Positions 1 through 11,500 are shown, numbered from the stretch's first letter. The stretch is DNA of 64,000 bases from Candidatus Nanohalarchaeota archaeon (GCA_017610385.1 JAFCCC010000002.1:32001-96000); one strand, 5' to 3'. Numbers and translations are program-made. The notes: generated by a model not told the origin, from the letters alone.

Positions 1-1
1 T

Positions 2-574
2 TCTCAAGAAGGTCATTTAGTGGTAATCGCTGGACCAATGTTTGCTGGAAAAAGTGAAGAACTTGTTAGAGAAATCACCAGAGTTTCTTTTACAGGACAA
101 CCATTTCTTTTAGTTAAACCCTCTATAGATACAAGATATAGTAAAACTGACGTTGCCACTCACAATGGACGATTGAAGCCTGCAGTATTGTTAGATTTAG
201 AAAATGAAACTTGGGAGAATTTAAATGAACTTGCAGAAGGAACTCTCTCAGAAATAAAGTGGATTGGGTTTGATGACGTGCAATTCTTTGGTCCAAAATT
301 TGTGAATCTTTGTTTACAGTTAGTTGAAAGGGGTAAAAAAGTTATTGTAGCGGGATTAGATACTAATATCCTAGGTAAACCCTTTGGAATTATGCCTGAT
401 TTATTAGCGTATGCGGATGAAGTAAGAAAACTAAAGGCAGTTTGTACAAAGTGCAAAGAAAGGGAAGCAAGCAGGACATATAGAACCGTTGGTGGACCGC
501 TTATTATGGTGGGAGGACCAGAAATTTACGAGGCCAGATGTAAATTGTGCCATAGAATGCCGGGAGAAGGTTAG
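2..574 (+). CDS. tdk: Thymidine kinase (TK1 type), probably 5'-truncated by the window edge
   Basis: GPMFAGKS P-loop, KP-x-IDTRY, VIVAGLD, Zn-lasso CTKC...YEARCKLCH. The frame is open back to position 2 (SQEGHLVVIAG). Confidence 0.93.
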   Translation, partial: SQEGHLVVIAGPMFAGKSEELVREITRVSFTGQPFLLVKPSIDTRYSKTDVATHNGRLKPAVLLDLENETWENLNELAEGTLSEIKWIGFDDVQFFGPKFVNLCLQLVERGKKVIVAGLDTNILGKPFGIMPDLLAYADEVRKLKAVCTKCKEREASRTYRTVGGPLIMVGGPEIYEARCKLCHRMPGEG

Positions 575-708
575 TTATCTAATTACTCTTCTAAATACTC
601 ATAATATATAACGGTTATTTGCACATTCATTTTTGAAAATCTTTTAAAATCTGAAAAGATTACAAACACATTTAACTTTTCAAAATAATTGCTTAATAGT
701 GGCAACAT

Positions 709-1398
709 ATGTCAAAAGAAAAAAATGCAAGCGGATTACAACTAAACACTCGTTTTAGTCTTGATACGTTAGAACAGTTTGAATTTTATGATCTTAATTC
801 AAATGGACATTCACAAGCAATTTACACCCCCATAGGACTTAGCAAGAAACGGCGTTTTACTACCTTACTTTATTGTATGCGTACTCCACAAGATCAATAT
901 TTGTTTGTTCCTGGTCGAGGATTTGTGGGTTTATTACGATTAAATGGATCGTTAAAATTCAACGCAATCGCTCGCTGGTGGAAATCTATTTTTGATTATT
1001 TAGAATTAGAGGTAAAAACACTTACTCCAGAATCAGAAGTAAAAAGGCTTACTTCAGAAGTAGATAATGTTGAAGGTATTGAAGGAGATCTTCCAGTTTC
1101 AAAACAGCTAGAATTTGCGCAAGACTCTGTATTTTTCTGTTTGGGAGATCAAGTTTCATTAGATTTTGCTGATCCCGCAAGGGTGGGAGATTTAGATAAA
1201 CGGTCTCAGGAAAAATTCAAAAAAGGAATGCGTTTGGGTTGGGATTATTGGCTTTTTAACTATCGTGATGCTGGACTGCTTACTGCACGTAGAAAATGGT
1301 ACAGAGAAAACTCTGGAGAACTTGATTTATGGATAAATAACAATGTTGCACTCTTTATAGAAGATTTAGGGGGAGTTAATCTGAAATTAAAAGAATAG
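709..1398 (+). CDS. Hypothetical protein
   Basis: 229-aa ORF with ATG; no recognised motif. Confidence 0.6.
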   Translation: MSKEKNASGLQLNTRFSLDTLEQFEFYDLNSNGHSQAIYTPIGLSKKRRFTTLLYCMRTPQDQYLFVPGRGFVGLLRLNGSLKFNAIARWWKSIFDYLELEVKTLTPESEVKRLTSEVDNVEGIEGDLPVSKQLEFAQDSVFFCLGDQVSLDFADPARVGDLDKRSQEKFKKGMRLGWDYWLFNYRDAGLLTARRKWYRENSGELDLWINNNVALFIEDLGGVNLKLKE

Positions 1399-1507
1399 AG
1401 GTTCTGTTTTGTTTATTAATTAATTTGTAGAAGATATTCTTTTTGTTTATTAGTTATTGTGTGCTTAGTTGCAGTCGAGCTATTTATTATGCATTATTAG
1501 TATTTAG

Positions 1508-1581
1508 CGGACCTGAGGGGTCTCGAACCCCCGACCCCTTGCTTAGGAGGCAAGTGCTCTATCCAACTGAGCTACAGGCCC
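1508..1581 (-). tRNA. tRNA-Arg (CCT), intronless, CCA not encoded
   Basis: Reverse complement GGGCCTG-TA-GCTCAGTTGGATAGAGC-A-CTTGC-CTCCTAA-GCAAG-GGGTC-GGGGG-TTCGAGA-CCCCT-CAGGTCC-G folds as a cloverleaf with anticodon CCT. Confidence 0.96.
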
Positions 1582-1732
1582 AAACTTCAAGAAGTTTGAT
1601 CATCACGCAAAACTTTTACGAGTTTTCCTAACTTGTGAACAAAATTCACAAGTACAGCGAGTTGATTCGCAACTCACTATACTTTTTCTATAGTTAAAAG
1701 TTTTTAAATACTCTGAATAATTAATACAGAAT

Positions 1733-2027
1733 ATGAATGCATATCTCATTCTTTTGGGAATAGTAATCGGATTTCTTGTCGCAAAATATTTTTCTGGGAA
1801 AAGGGGGTAAACAAGGACGACTAAAATCATTAAAATTTAACATTAAAAAATATACCATTCACTATTGGTTTATTGCAACTTCGATTCTCCTTATTTTCAT
1901 TATATTTAATTATTACAATGATATCATTCATGGAATACTCATTGGTTTAATCATTCAGGGAATTACTTATAGAGATTTTTACAAGATAATATACTCAAGA
2001 AAATTACACCCAAAAATTTTTCAATAA
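1733..2027 (+). pseudogene. Small membrane protein gene split by a frameshift
   Basis: ATG 1733 gives MNAYLILLGIVIGFLVAKYFSGKRG* (stop at 1810). The adjacent frame continues GKQGRLKSLKFNIKKYTIHYW plus two hydrophobic helices. The shift is at the GGGAAAAGGGGG run (1796-1807). Confidence 0.55.
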
Positions 2028-2066
2028 AGAACTTTATAAACTTCTTTTACCTTTTATTTGTAATGT

Positions 2067-5000
2067 ATGAAAAAAAGTGTGATGATTTTAATTCTAATTG
2101 GAATATTTTTAATTAATTTCAATTTGGTAAACGCAACAACAAATGTTACTGAATGTGGGACCTTGAGTTCAGCAAACACAATTTATCAACTAAATCAGTC
2201 AATTAATTCTTCTTTTGATTGTATAATAATTAATGCAACAAATATTACTCTTGATTGTCAAGGGTATAACATTAGTTTTGGAAATGCCACAGGCGGAAAA
2301 GGAATCAGGATTTCTAATGACGATGAGGAAGGATATGATAATGTTACTGTTCAAAATTGTGTTGTTATTCAGAATGAATCTGGTGCAGACCACACCGCAA
2401 TATTTTTTGGAATGAATTCTGAAAATGGAGTTGTTTATAATAATACTATTTTTGTTTTTGGGGTGGATACCCCTGGAATGCTTTTTGAATCAAATTCTGT
2501 TAATGCGAATATAAGTTTTAATAATATAACTGCTTCTGGTGGATTGGGTTCTGGAATAGTTTTAAGTGAAAATGGTAGTGGTGCAGACATTAGGAGCAAT
2601 ACCATAATAACTTCTGGAGATGATTCTAATGGGATTCTTATTGGGGAGAATTCATCAAATGGAACGCTTTTTAATAACACAATTACAACTTCTGCAAATT
2701 TAAGTTTTAGAGACGGAATAGGAGGAATTTTTTTGGAACTTGGAACAAATAATGTAAATGTGAGTTCAAATACCATCAATACTTCTGGAACAGACGGACC
2801 AGGAATTTGGATATGGGGTTCTAATCATTCTATTGACGGAAATACAATTATAACGTCTGGAGAACAGGGAGATGGAATTTATATGTCTGATGTACAAGGA
2901 ATAAACTTAACTTCCAATACCATAACTATTTCTGGGATTAGTGCAGATGGAATTCATTCCCAACTGTCTGAAAATTCATCAACTCTCATTTATAATAATG
3001 TTATAATGACTTCTGCAAATTATTCTTATGGTATTTATCTTCTAGAAGAAAATTATAATAATATTTCTTCAAATAACATAACAACTTCTGGTACTGCTTC
3101 TTATGGAATTTATTTTAATGAATCACATAATGCTACCTTATTAAATAATATAATTAAAACCGAGGAATCAGATTCTTATGTTCTTTATCTTGACACTTCA
3201 ACAGGAAATTTTTATAATAATATTTTTAATACTTCAACAAGTGGCTCTGGAATTAATTTTATAAATTGCGATGTTAGCTATTTTAATACCAGCAAAACAT
3301 CGGGGACAAATATTATTGGAAGGGGATATATTGGTGGAAATTTTTGGACAAATAATTTAGGTACTGGTTATAGTGATAATTGTATTGATTCTAATGGGGA
3401 TTATGTGTGTGATGTTATCTATTCAGTAAATGACTCTATAGATTATCTCCCCCTTGCTGATCATACTAATGTGATTTCAGCATGTGGGACATTAAATATT
3501 GAAGATAAATCTTATTATTTGAATCAAAGTCTATTGGTTAATGGAACTTGTTTTAATATTACTGCAAACAACATCACTCTTGACTTTAATGGATATAATA
3601 TCACAGGAAACACAACAGGGAATGGTATTAATGTCACTGGTTACAATGAAACAACGATCTTAGATGGACTTATTTATAATTTCTCAATAGGGATTTATTT
3701 TAAGAACAATTCAAATAACAATATAACAAATATAACTTCAAATAATAATTATCAAGGAATTGCATTCACTACAAGTTCAAATAACAATTTGACAACCTTA
3801 ACTACAAATAATAATACTGCGAATGGGATCCTCCTTGAATCTTCTTCAATGAATAATGTTTTTACAAATATAATAGCACATTCAAATAATCATCTAGGAA
3901 TTTATATTGTTGTTTCATCAAATAACAACACATTTACTGATATAGATATAAATTATTCTGGAATTGGTCTTGCTATTGCTTCAGGCAATACATTTACCAA
4001 TATGAATATAAGTAATTCTACAACAGATGCAATTCTTTTGCAATATGCAACTTCTGATAATAATAACTTTACAAATGTGGTTGTAACAAATACAAGTGCC
4101 TCTTATTATGATATTAATTTTTCTACTGCCGGTATTGATGGAACATGGATTAAGGGAATTAATTTTGGGAGATATACTTTTGCCGGTGCTGGTGGAAAAG
4201 TTAATTTTGAGGAACCAAATTTTGGAAAAGTTGTATTTTTAGAAGCAATTAATGGAAGTGGGACAGATCTTTCTACCGAAGTTGACATTGAGAACAATTC
4301 TGTTTTTGTAAATTCTTCTGCAAATTCTGGATTAAATAAAAGTGCAAATATAACTTTATATAGCATAACTTATACAGATCCAAAACCACAATATAGTTCT
4401 AATGGAGTCACATTCATAGATTGCACTGCAACAACAGATCCTGCCTGTGCTGAACTTGGTTTTAGTGGAAATAATTTTGTATTTAATGTATCCCATTTTA
4501 CTTATTTTAGATCTGCTGAAGCGTATATTACCCCTAGTGACACAACTTCTTCAAGTTCAGGTGGTGGAGGATATCCCAATTATCGACCAAAAGAAGATGA
4601 ATTAAATAAAGGATATCAAAAATTAATGTATAAAAATTGGAAAGTATCTTTTAAAGTAGAAAATATTTCACATACATTTAAAGTGGGAGATATTACCGAA
4701 ACAAATGCAAAAATAAGTATTTCTTCTGAAACTCAAGAAGCTGTACTTTCAGTTGGAGAAGAAAAGAAATTTGAACTTTCAGAGGATAATTATTATGATA
4801 TCTTGGTTAAATTGAATTCAATAGATACAACATGGAAAAATAGAGCAAACTTTACAATACAAACAATACATGAAGAAATTGTTTCTCCACAAAAAAATGA
4901 AGCAGAAAAAGAGATAATACAACCAGGTCCTGAAAGCGAAGGAGAAGTAATCCCTGAAAGCGAAGGAGAAGTTGAAGAAGGAAAAACAAATTCAACATGG

Positions 5001-5072
5001 TTGTGGGTTGTAATTGCAGTGATTATAATATTAATTCTTTCTGGTGTAGGGTATAAAAAGTTTAGAAAGTAA
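2067..5072 (+). CDS. Cell-surface glycoprotein with right-handed beta-helix (NosD/PbH1-like) repeats and a C-terminal TM anchor
   Basis: Signal peptide, two CGTL...ITLD starts, many NNxIxT..GIYL repeats, GGNFW motif, S/G linker, C-terminal hydrophobic helix plus basic tail, many NxS/T sequons. Confidence 0.85.
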   Translation: MKKSVMILILIGIFLINFNLVNATTNVTECGTLSSANTIYQLNQSINSSFDCIIINATNITLDCQGYNISFGNATGGKGIRISNDDEEGYDNVTVQNCVVIQNESGADHTAIFFGMNSENGVVYNNTIFVFGVDTPGMLFESNSVNANISFNNITASGGLGSGIVLSENGSGADIRSNTIITSGDDSNGILIGENSSNGTLFNNTITTSANLSFRDGIGGIFLELGTNNVNVSSNTINTSGTDGPGIWIWGSNHSIDGNTIITSGEQGDGIYMSDVQGINLTSNTITISGISADGIHSQLSENSSTLIYNNVIMTSANYSYGIYLLEENYNNISSNNITTSGTASYGIYFNESHNATLLNNIIKTEESDSYVLYLDTSTGNFYNNIFNTSTSGSGINFINCDVSYFNTSKTSGTNIIGRGYIGGNFWTNNLGTGYSDNCIDSNGDYVCDVIYSVNDSIDYLPLADHTNVISACGTLNIEDKSYYLNQSLLVNGTCFNITANNITLDFNGYNITGNTTGNGINVTGYNETTILDGLIYNFSIGIYFKNNSNNNITNITSNNNYQGIAFTTSSNNNLTTLTTNNNTANGILLESSSMNNVFTNIIAHSNNHLGIYIVVSSNNNTFTDIDINYSGIGLAIASGNTFTNMNISNSTTDAILLQYATSDNNNFTNVVVTNTSASYYDINFSTAGIDGTWIKGINFGRYTFAGAGGKVNFEEPNFGKVVFLEAINGSGTDLSTEVDIENNSVFVNSSANSGLNKSANITLYSITYTDPKPQYSSNGVTFIDCTATTDPACAELGFSGNNFVFNVSHFTYFRSAEAYITPSDTTSSSSGGGGYPNYRPKEDELNKGYQKLMYKNWKVSFKVENISHTFKVGDITETNAKISISSETQEAVLSVGEEKKFELSEDNYYDILVKLNSIDTTWKNRANFTIQTIHEEIVSPQKNEAEKEIIQPGPESEGEVIPESEGEVEEGKTNSTWLWVVIAVIIILILSGVGYKKFRK

Positions 5073-5314
5073 ATAAAATTATCAATATATTCTTCCACCC
5101 GCAAGATTATTTCATTTTCTTTTTTAGAAAAAAAGAAACAAAAAAGGCGGCGACACTCCAATACAAAATACAAAAATTTACCCTACGACTTTGATTTTTT
5201 CGGACTTTGTTCCAACGTTGCATATAACACTAAAAATTAAACGAAAAATTGGAAAATTTTTAAGTATAGTATACATTACGTAACTTTTTATTGTTTTAAA
5301 TCAGATTAAAAATC

Positions 5315-5803
5315 ATGTCATACGCCAAAATAGAATGTGATTTAGCTGAATCAGCATTATTTCTTGCAGATTTAATCGAAAGGGTTCCAAAGATAAATAA
5401 AGTGAATGTACAGTATACTTTACCTCCAAATGCCTTGGGTATTATAGGCCCTGTAGGAAATCTTACATTCGTTGAAGACCCAGCAACAAACAGAGGTATT
5501 ATTGACATAAAATCCATAAAAGGGCAAGAAAAGAAGGTGAGCCGTCTCTTTCGAGAAGGATATGAAAACGAATGGCTTACTGGCATATATTATTTTATGG
5601 TAGATTGTTCTTATGTTGAGCCAGAAAACACTTCTAAAGGTCTTCATACTATTTCATTTCAAGGTCATGAAAAGAAATTGACAATACATGGTTATGGACT
5701 GTCAGAAAAGTCTCTTTCCAGATATTTGGAAAATTTAGGCGTATTTAGTATTTTAGAGGAACTGAATCCTAAAAAAGAAGAACCTGAATGGATTCTTCTT
5801 TAA
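5315..5803 (+). CDS. Hypothetical protein
   Basis: 162-aa ORF with ATG about 35 nt after a T/A-rich box. Confidence 0.6.
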   Translation: MSYAKIECDLAESALFLADLIERVPKINKVNVQYTLPPNALGIIGPVGNLTFVEDPATNRGIIDIKSIKGQEKKVSRLFREGYENEWLTGIYYFMVDCSYVEPENTSKGLHTISFQGHEKKLTIHGYGLSEKSLSRYLENLGVFSILEELNPKKEEPEWILL

Positions 5804-5829
5804 CAAACTTATTTTTCAATAGGGATACA

Positions 5830-5869
5830 ATAATGTTTTATTTAATCGATAATGTTTTATTTAATCGAT
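5830..5869. repeat. Tandem 19-bp duplication ATAATGTTTTATTTAATCG x2
   Basis: Seen directly at 5830-5848 and 5849-5867. Confidence 0.85.
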
Positions 5870-6051
5870 CAAAAATCTTCAAGGTCTGATCTCTAAATTG
5901 TATGCATCTAAAAGTAGTTTATTTAAATGCGGGTTTAGTTTATTTAAATAATGATTTCAGTTTAGTTAAAGGAAAGTTATTCCATTTATTCATTATATTT
6001 CAATCAGTCAACTATAAAAAGAATTACTACTCAATAGGAACATGGGTACCC

Positions 6052-7302
6052 ATGAAGTCATTTAATGTCAGTTTGTTATTTGTACTCTTTATTACTCTAT
6101 TTGGTTTAATCATAGGTAGTTTAGTTACTGCGTTTCCACCGATTCCGTATATTGTTCATGGAAATGTTTATTCTGATGGAAATTTAGTTCCGAAGGGAGC
6201 AGAGATAACTGCCCTAACTTCTGATAGCACACTATGCGGAACAGCTATTATGCCTGCAGATGGAGAATATTGGATTTATGTTAATGGAGATGACTCTGAA
6301 ACAACAGAAGAAGAGGGTGCAAATGAAGGGGATGTAATTAAATTTATGTATGCTGGCAAATATGCGATTGAGACGATTGTATGGAAATCTGGGAAGTTCA
6401 ATTATTCGTTTAACTTAAATTTTAATTCTAATAGTTGTTCTGATTGTGATAATGATGGTTATGATCAGACAGTAGATTGCAAAGATGATAATCCTCAAAT
6501 TCATCCGGGTGCTCCAGAACTTTGTAATAATATAGATGATAATTGTGATGGCTCTATTGATGAAGAATTAACAAGAGTTTGCGGAAGCAGCGTTGGAGAA
6601 TGCGAACAAGGAACTCAAACATGTTCTTCGGGTGTTTGGAGCGCATGTACGGGGGAAATTACACCCAAAACAGAAGAATGTAATAATGTTGATGATGATT
6701 GTGATGGAGTAATTGATGAAGGCTGCTCAACGGGCGGTGGAAATTCTAATGGAGGCACTGGTGGTTCTACTAATGGCGGAACAACTTCTAATACTACAAA
6801 TAATTCAGATGAGAATACAAATACTCAGGAAAATCAAAATAATGCCTCTGGAACTCAACCAGATAATTCTTCCAATGCAGTAAATGAAAGCAATAATGAA
6901 ATTAATGAACCAGAACCATGTAAAGAAGCTTGGAGTTGTTCTGGTTGGACTTCTTGCATAGAAGGATTACAGACAAGAACGTGCATTGACTTTAATGATT
7001 GCGGCACAGAAAAAAATAAACCTGGGGAAGAATTAATTTGTGGATGTAGACCTCATTGGTTCTGTAAACCCTGGTCTAAGTGCATAAACGGTACACAAGA
7101 AAGATTTTGTTTGGATGGACAGGAATGTAATAATAATACGGCATTAGACCAAAAAACACAAACAAGAAATTGTTCGATTCTAACTCAGGATTTAGGGCCT
7201 GTGATTACAGGAAACACAGTTTGGAAAGAAGAATGGACTGTGGGAATTATTTTCGGAGCAATTTCTATCTTAGCGTTCGTATTCTTTAAATGGTTAAGAT
7301 AA
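6052..7302 (+). CDS. Cys-rich surface protein with MopE-related (DCDD..PGA.E.C) and TSP1-like repeats and a C-terminal TM
   Basis: Start re-called at MKSFNVSLL (signal peptide). Motifs DCKDDNPQIHPGAPELCNNIDDNCDG and WSCSGWTSC..QTRTC; ends ITG-x-TM-KWLR. Confidence 0.82.
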   Translation: MKSFNVSLLFVLFITLFGLIIGSLVTAFPPIPYIVHGNVYSDGNLVPKGAEITALTSDSTLCGTAIMPADGEYWIYVNGDDSETTEEEGANEGDVIKFMYAGKYAIETIVWKSGKFNYSFNLNFNSNSCSDCDNDGYDQTVDCKDDNPQIHPGAPELCNNIDDNCDGSIDEELTRVCGSSVGECEQGTQTCSSGVWSACTGEITPKTEECNNVDDDCDGVIDEGCSTGGGNSNGGTGGSTNGGTTSNTTNNSDENTNTQENQNNASGTQPDNSSNAVNESNNEINEPEPCKEAWSCSGWTSCIEGLQTRTCIDFNDCGTEKNKPGEELICGCRPHWFCKPWSKCINGTQERFCLDGQECNNNTALDQKTQTRNCSILTQDLGPVITGNTVWKEEWTVGIIFGAISILAFVFFKWLR

Positions 7303-7456
7303 ATATTCTTTAATATTTAGAATTCTTTAATAATTAGAGTAAGATTAAACTATTAATTGAACTTGGTTGAACTATTTGCTATATCTGTATTTACTTTTTT
7401 GAATTATTGAAGCGATCTTAGTTAATTATTTGAACTATTGAGTTTAAGTTTAATTC

Positions 7457-8233
7457 ATGTTCGAGATTTTGTGGTTAAGAGAAGAACTCAAAAACAAATA
7501 TTTTCATGTATTTTTATTTGCAATATTTTTTAGTACTATTTCAATTATAATTACACAGAAATTCCTAAATTTTTATAATGGATTAGTTGCTGTTTTTATA
7601 ATTTCTTTGGCTGCAGCATATCCTTTAATTAGATATATGAAAGTGGAAGAAGGAGAGGAAGTCACTTTAGTCAAAAAATTCTCTGAAAAGAATATTTTAA
7701 GGAGGCATGGACGAGAGCTCGCATTATATTTATCATTTTTTATGGGGGTTTTGATTGTTTTTATTGTTGCGACGATTCTCCTGCCTGACGGATTCTTTAA
7801 AATTCAACAAGAAACAATAGGAGTTATTCTTTCTGGAAGTGCAACTCATGGTGAGTTTTTTTGGAGCATTTTATCTAATAATCTTAGGGTATTTGGAATA
7901 ACCTTTTTAATCAGTTTTTTTATTTCTGCTGGAATGATTTTTATTTTGGTTTGGAATGCGTCAATTCTTGGGGTTTTTTTAGCTAGTCAAGCAAGGGGCA
8001 TTGCTCACATACCTGTATTTAGCCTGGGTTATCTGCCTCATGGTTTGTTGGAAATCAGTGCGTATATCTTAGCGGGTTTAGCTGGCGCTTTAATTTCATA
8101 TAATGTTCCCAATTTAGGAATTAAAAAGTTTAGAAGAGATTTGTTCCCTAAAATTTTACTTGATGCGTGTGTAATTGCGATAATTGGACTGGCGTTTGTT
8201 TTAATTGGAGCTGTAGTAGAGGTATTTTTTTAG
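7457..8233 (+). CDS. Stage II sporulation protein M (SpoIIM) family membrane protein
   Basis: Multi-TM; ILSNN, WNASILG and PHGLLEI motifs. Confidence 0.85.
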   Translation: MFEILWLREELKNKYFHVFLFAIFFSTISIIITQKFLNFYNGLVAVFIISLAAAYPLIRYMKVEEGEEVTLVKKFSEKNILRRHGRELALYLSFFMGVLIVFIVATILLPDGFFKIQQETIGVILSGSATHGEFFWSILSNNLRVFGITFLISFFISAGMIFILVWNASILGVFLASQARGIAHIPVFSLGYLPHGLLEISAYILAGLAGALISYNVPNLGIKKFRRDLFPKILLDACVIAIIGLAFVLIGAVVEVFF

Positions 8234-8248
8234 CAATCTAATTGCACT

Positions 8249-8527
8249 TCATATAGACACATTATTATACCACGTGCCATAACTATTTCCAATTGCAATA
8301 TTATTTTCTGGAGTAAGTTCTCGAACATAATTTAAGAACTGTCTGACGACCTCTATTTTCTCATCAGGCATTTTTTCTACTAATTCGTGATAGGTTAGTT
8401 CACTTCCCCTAAGGATATAAGGAATTTCTTCTGGTATTTTTTCTCCCATCTGTAAAATGCATTCATACCAGTTAAATCTGTTTTTTTCTGTAAGAACGAC
8501 CTTCCAAAAAATTTGTTCATCTCCCAT
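8249..8527 (-). CDS. Small acidic hypothetical protein, translationally coupled to the giant surface protein
   Basis: TAATG stop/start overlap at 8525-8529. Confidence 0.55.
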   Translation of the reverse strand: MGDEQIFWKVVLTEKNRFNWYECILQMGEKIPEEIPYILRGSELTYHELVEKMPDEKIEVVRQFLNYVRELTPENNIAIGNSYGTWYNNVSI

Positions 8528-11500
8528 TAAATCACTAACTCTATTTCATTAACTGCATTAAACCAATAACCCGTTCCAGGAGTTAATATTGTTAAATCGC
8601 TCATTGTTGGGAACATTGGAGAATAAGTCTTCCAACCCGTTGGGGTGTATGCCATTATTAAACTATAATCAGCATCTGTTAATCCATTAAGCACTTCTGT
8701 CGTATTTCGTTCGTTCATGCTTGGATATCCAATTAAATTCCAGCCAGGAACAACAGAAATTGTAGTATTATTTACATGTGTTCCGTTAATTTGCAAAATT
8801 GCATTATTAGTCATATGTATCCAATATCCCACTCCTGGTTTAACTGTTTTTAAATCACTAAAGGTTGGGAAAACCGGACTGTATGTTTTCCAAGATCCGT
8901 TTCCATAACTCAAAATACTATCAAAATCACTATTTATTCCCGAGAACACTGTATTAAGTGAATTGTTTAGTGGGCTTAATGGAATTGAGATTAAATTCCA
9001 ACCATTAGTTAGGTTTAATTCGAAAGTAATCGTGGTGCTTTCTTGTTCTAACCCTTTAATTTCTGGATTTGGTATGTGATTTCCTATCCAATCATTTTGT
9101 GTATCTGTATCTCTTATTTTGGGGTATCTTTGAATAGAAAATCCTTTGTCTGAAGAAATTGCCCATGCGGGATAAGAATTATTATATCCTGATTCCCACG
9201 CGACAAAGTCAATTTCACTTCCATTATTTTTCAAAGCTAAGCTATCTCCATCATTATTCAGATTTAAAGTTAAATCACTTAGATCTGGATCAAATCCATA
9301 AAGCGCATTAAATCCTTCTTGATCTTTTGCAATAACTAAATTCTCTTTTCCATTTAACGTAATATTTTCTGGAAGGGTGTATATCTTTGAATTATCCTCT
9401 AGGGTCCATGAGTCTAGAGAAACTTCTGATTCTGTTGGATTATATAATTCAATCCATTCTTCTTCTGAATCAGTTCCTTCTGTATCATAATAAACTTCTG
9501 TTATTAAAATGTGATTACTTACATTATTGACACAAGATTCTGAGAATTCACAAGTCTCTGTACAAACATTGTTCGAACAGACACCAACTGTTTCATTTAA
9601 TGCGCAAGTATTTTCAATGCTTTCAGGGTAACTGGCCCAATCAAATTCTCCACAAGTTCCTAATCCGCAGCCTTCAGCAGGACATGTTGTGACGTCACAA
9701 TTGGAATCTTGAGCTGTACAAATAGGCATGCTTTCTGGCTCACAAATCATTTCCGCGCAACCTGAACAAGGATTTACACATCCATTGCAATCATAACCTT
9801 CGTCTAAAGGACACATATCATGTATATCGGGAGTGCTATCATTATCTGAATCTGGAAGAATCGCACAACTTTGGTTAAATTCAGAGCTTGTTGAATCACA
9901 AGAATATTCTATACACATACCTAAAGAACAGAAGTCATACCCATTGTTAGGATAAACAGTCCAATTTTCACTAACACATTGTGCTTGTGGGCAGGTTCTT
10001 AGAGAACCACAAATTATTCCATTTGTATCTCTATTTTGTGTTTCATTTTCATATTGTGTAGTTGCAGCATTTGTTGTACAGTATGATTCAGTTGTTCCCG
10101 CATTTACGCAAACGTGTTCTGTTACCGTTCGTTCTCTCTCACAATTTGCATCTAAATCACAAACACCAGACCAATTACAAGACCATTCGCTCCAATAACC
10201 ATATTCATAAGTTCCAGAATAACAATCTTCTGGACTATAACAGTTAATTATTTCTGGAATTTCATATGTACAAGAATAAACACTTAAATCATGATAAAGA
10301 AGCTTTCCTGCACTTTGTGAAAATGTTGCGAATGAAATAGTACAATTATCTCCTTCAATTGAGCATGCTGGGCAACTACAATCTTGAATTAAGTCATTTA
10401 AAACTGGACCCAAATTTCCCAAATACGTTGTTCCATCATATTCCCCAATATACATCCACTCCGAGTCACCTTTATTCCCTGTATCTAAAATAGGATTTGT
10501 TGGGTAAGACTGCAAAATATCTCGCGCAATTTCAATATAAACATTAGAAATATTGATTATGTCTACAGAATAATATTCTCCATGACCTACATTTGCTACA
10601 TTCATCATGGTCTGATAATCTGCTTGATTTCCATATGCAATAGCATATACTGAAATTCCATAAGTTTCCCAAGCATCTCTGGCTATTTCTATTGTTTCAT
10701 TAATAGCTTGCTCTTGACTACAGAACGCTCCACTTAAACACCTGTTGGCCATTCCATCACTCATTAAAATAACAGCTTTTTTCATGTTTGTTCCTTGATT
10801 GACTAGGTTAATTGCTTCATTTAGACCGCAAGAAATGCATGTTTGACCATAAACAGAGTAATCTACGATTTGATCAAGTAAAGAATTTTGATCATTGGAT
10901 AATTCATGACTATTAATTACACCATAACTATAACTGGTTAAACCTAATCTATTATTAGGATAATTCAAAACAGTTTCAACAAAATCACTGTCTGCTTCTC
11001 TTGCTTTAGTTATTTTTTCTCCAGCCATGCTCGCAGATCGATCAGTAACCAAAACAATGTCAACTGTTTTGTCTGATGTGTATGGCACTGAATTTCCATC
11101 AAGTTCTACACTAGCGCCTGTGATACCGACATCTCTTGGAATCGTAACTTTTACAGTTGTATCTGCGCCACCGCCATTTGGGAATTCTATTTCTCGTTCA
11201 GAATAACCACCATAGAATTTATTAGTCAAAAGTTCATTTCCAGTACATTCTAAGCAGCCATAAGTAGAATCGCAAATCATTCCTTCTTCTAAATTACAAC
11301 TATTAATATTACATCCATTTGCTTCACAAGTTCTTTCACCATAATAGCACATATCATTAGTTATTGTTCCTGGAGTAGGGCAAGTTTCTCCTTCATAACT
11401 GCACGAACAGTCTGATAAACAATTTGCGTTATAATAGCATTGATCATTAAAGAGATATGGTTGACAGTTTGAATTTACTTCGCATTCTGCGCCACAGCTT

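Noticed and set aside
575-1507. Island integrated at the tRNA-Arg 3' end
   Set aside because: No duplicated tRNA 3' fragment or integrase found in the window.
1443-1631. 62-aa ORF
   Set aside because: Antisense shadow of tRNA-Arg.
4930-4975. Short direct repeat CCTGAAAGCGAAGGAGAAGT
   Set aside because: An in-frame PESEGEV linker duplication; ordinary.
7457-8233. Sporulation
   Set aside because: SpoIIM-family membrane proteins are common in non-sporulating archaea.
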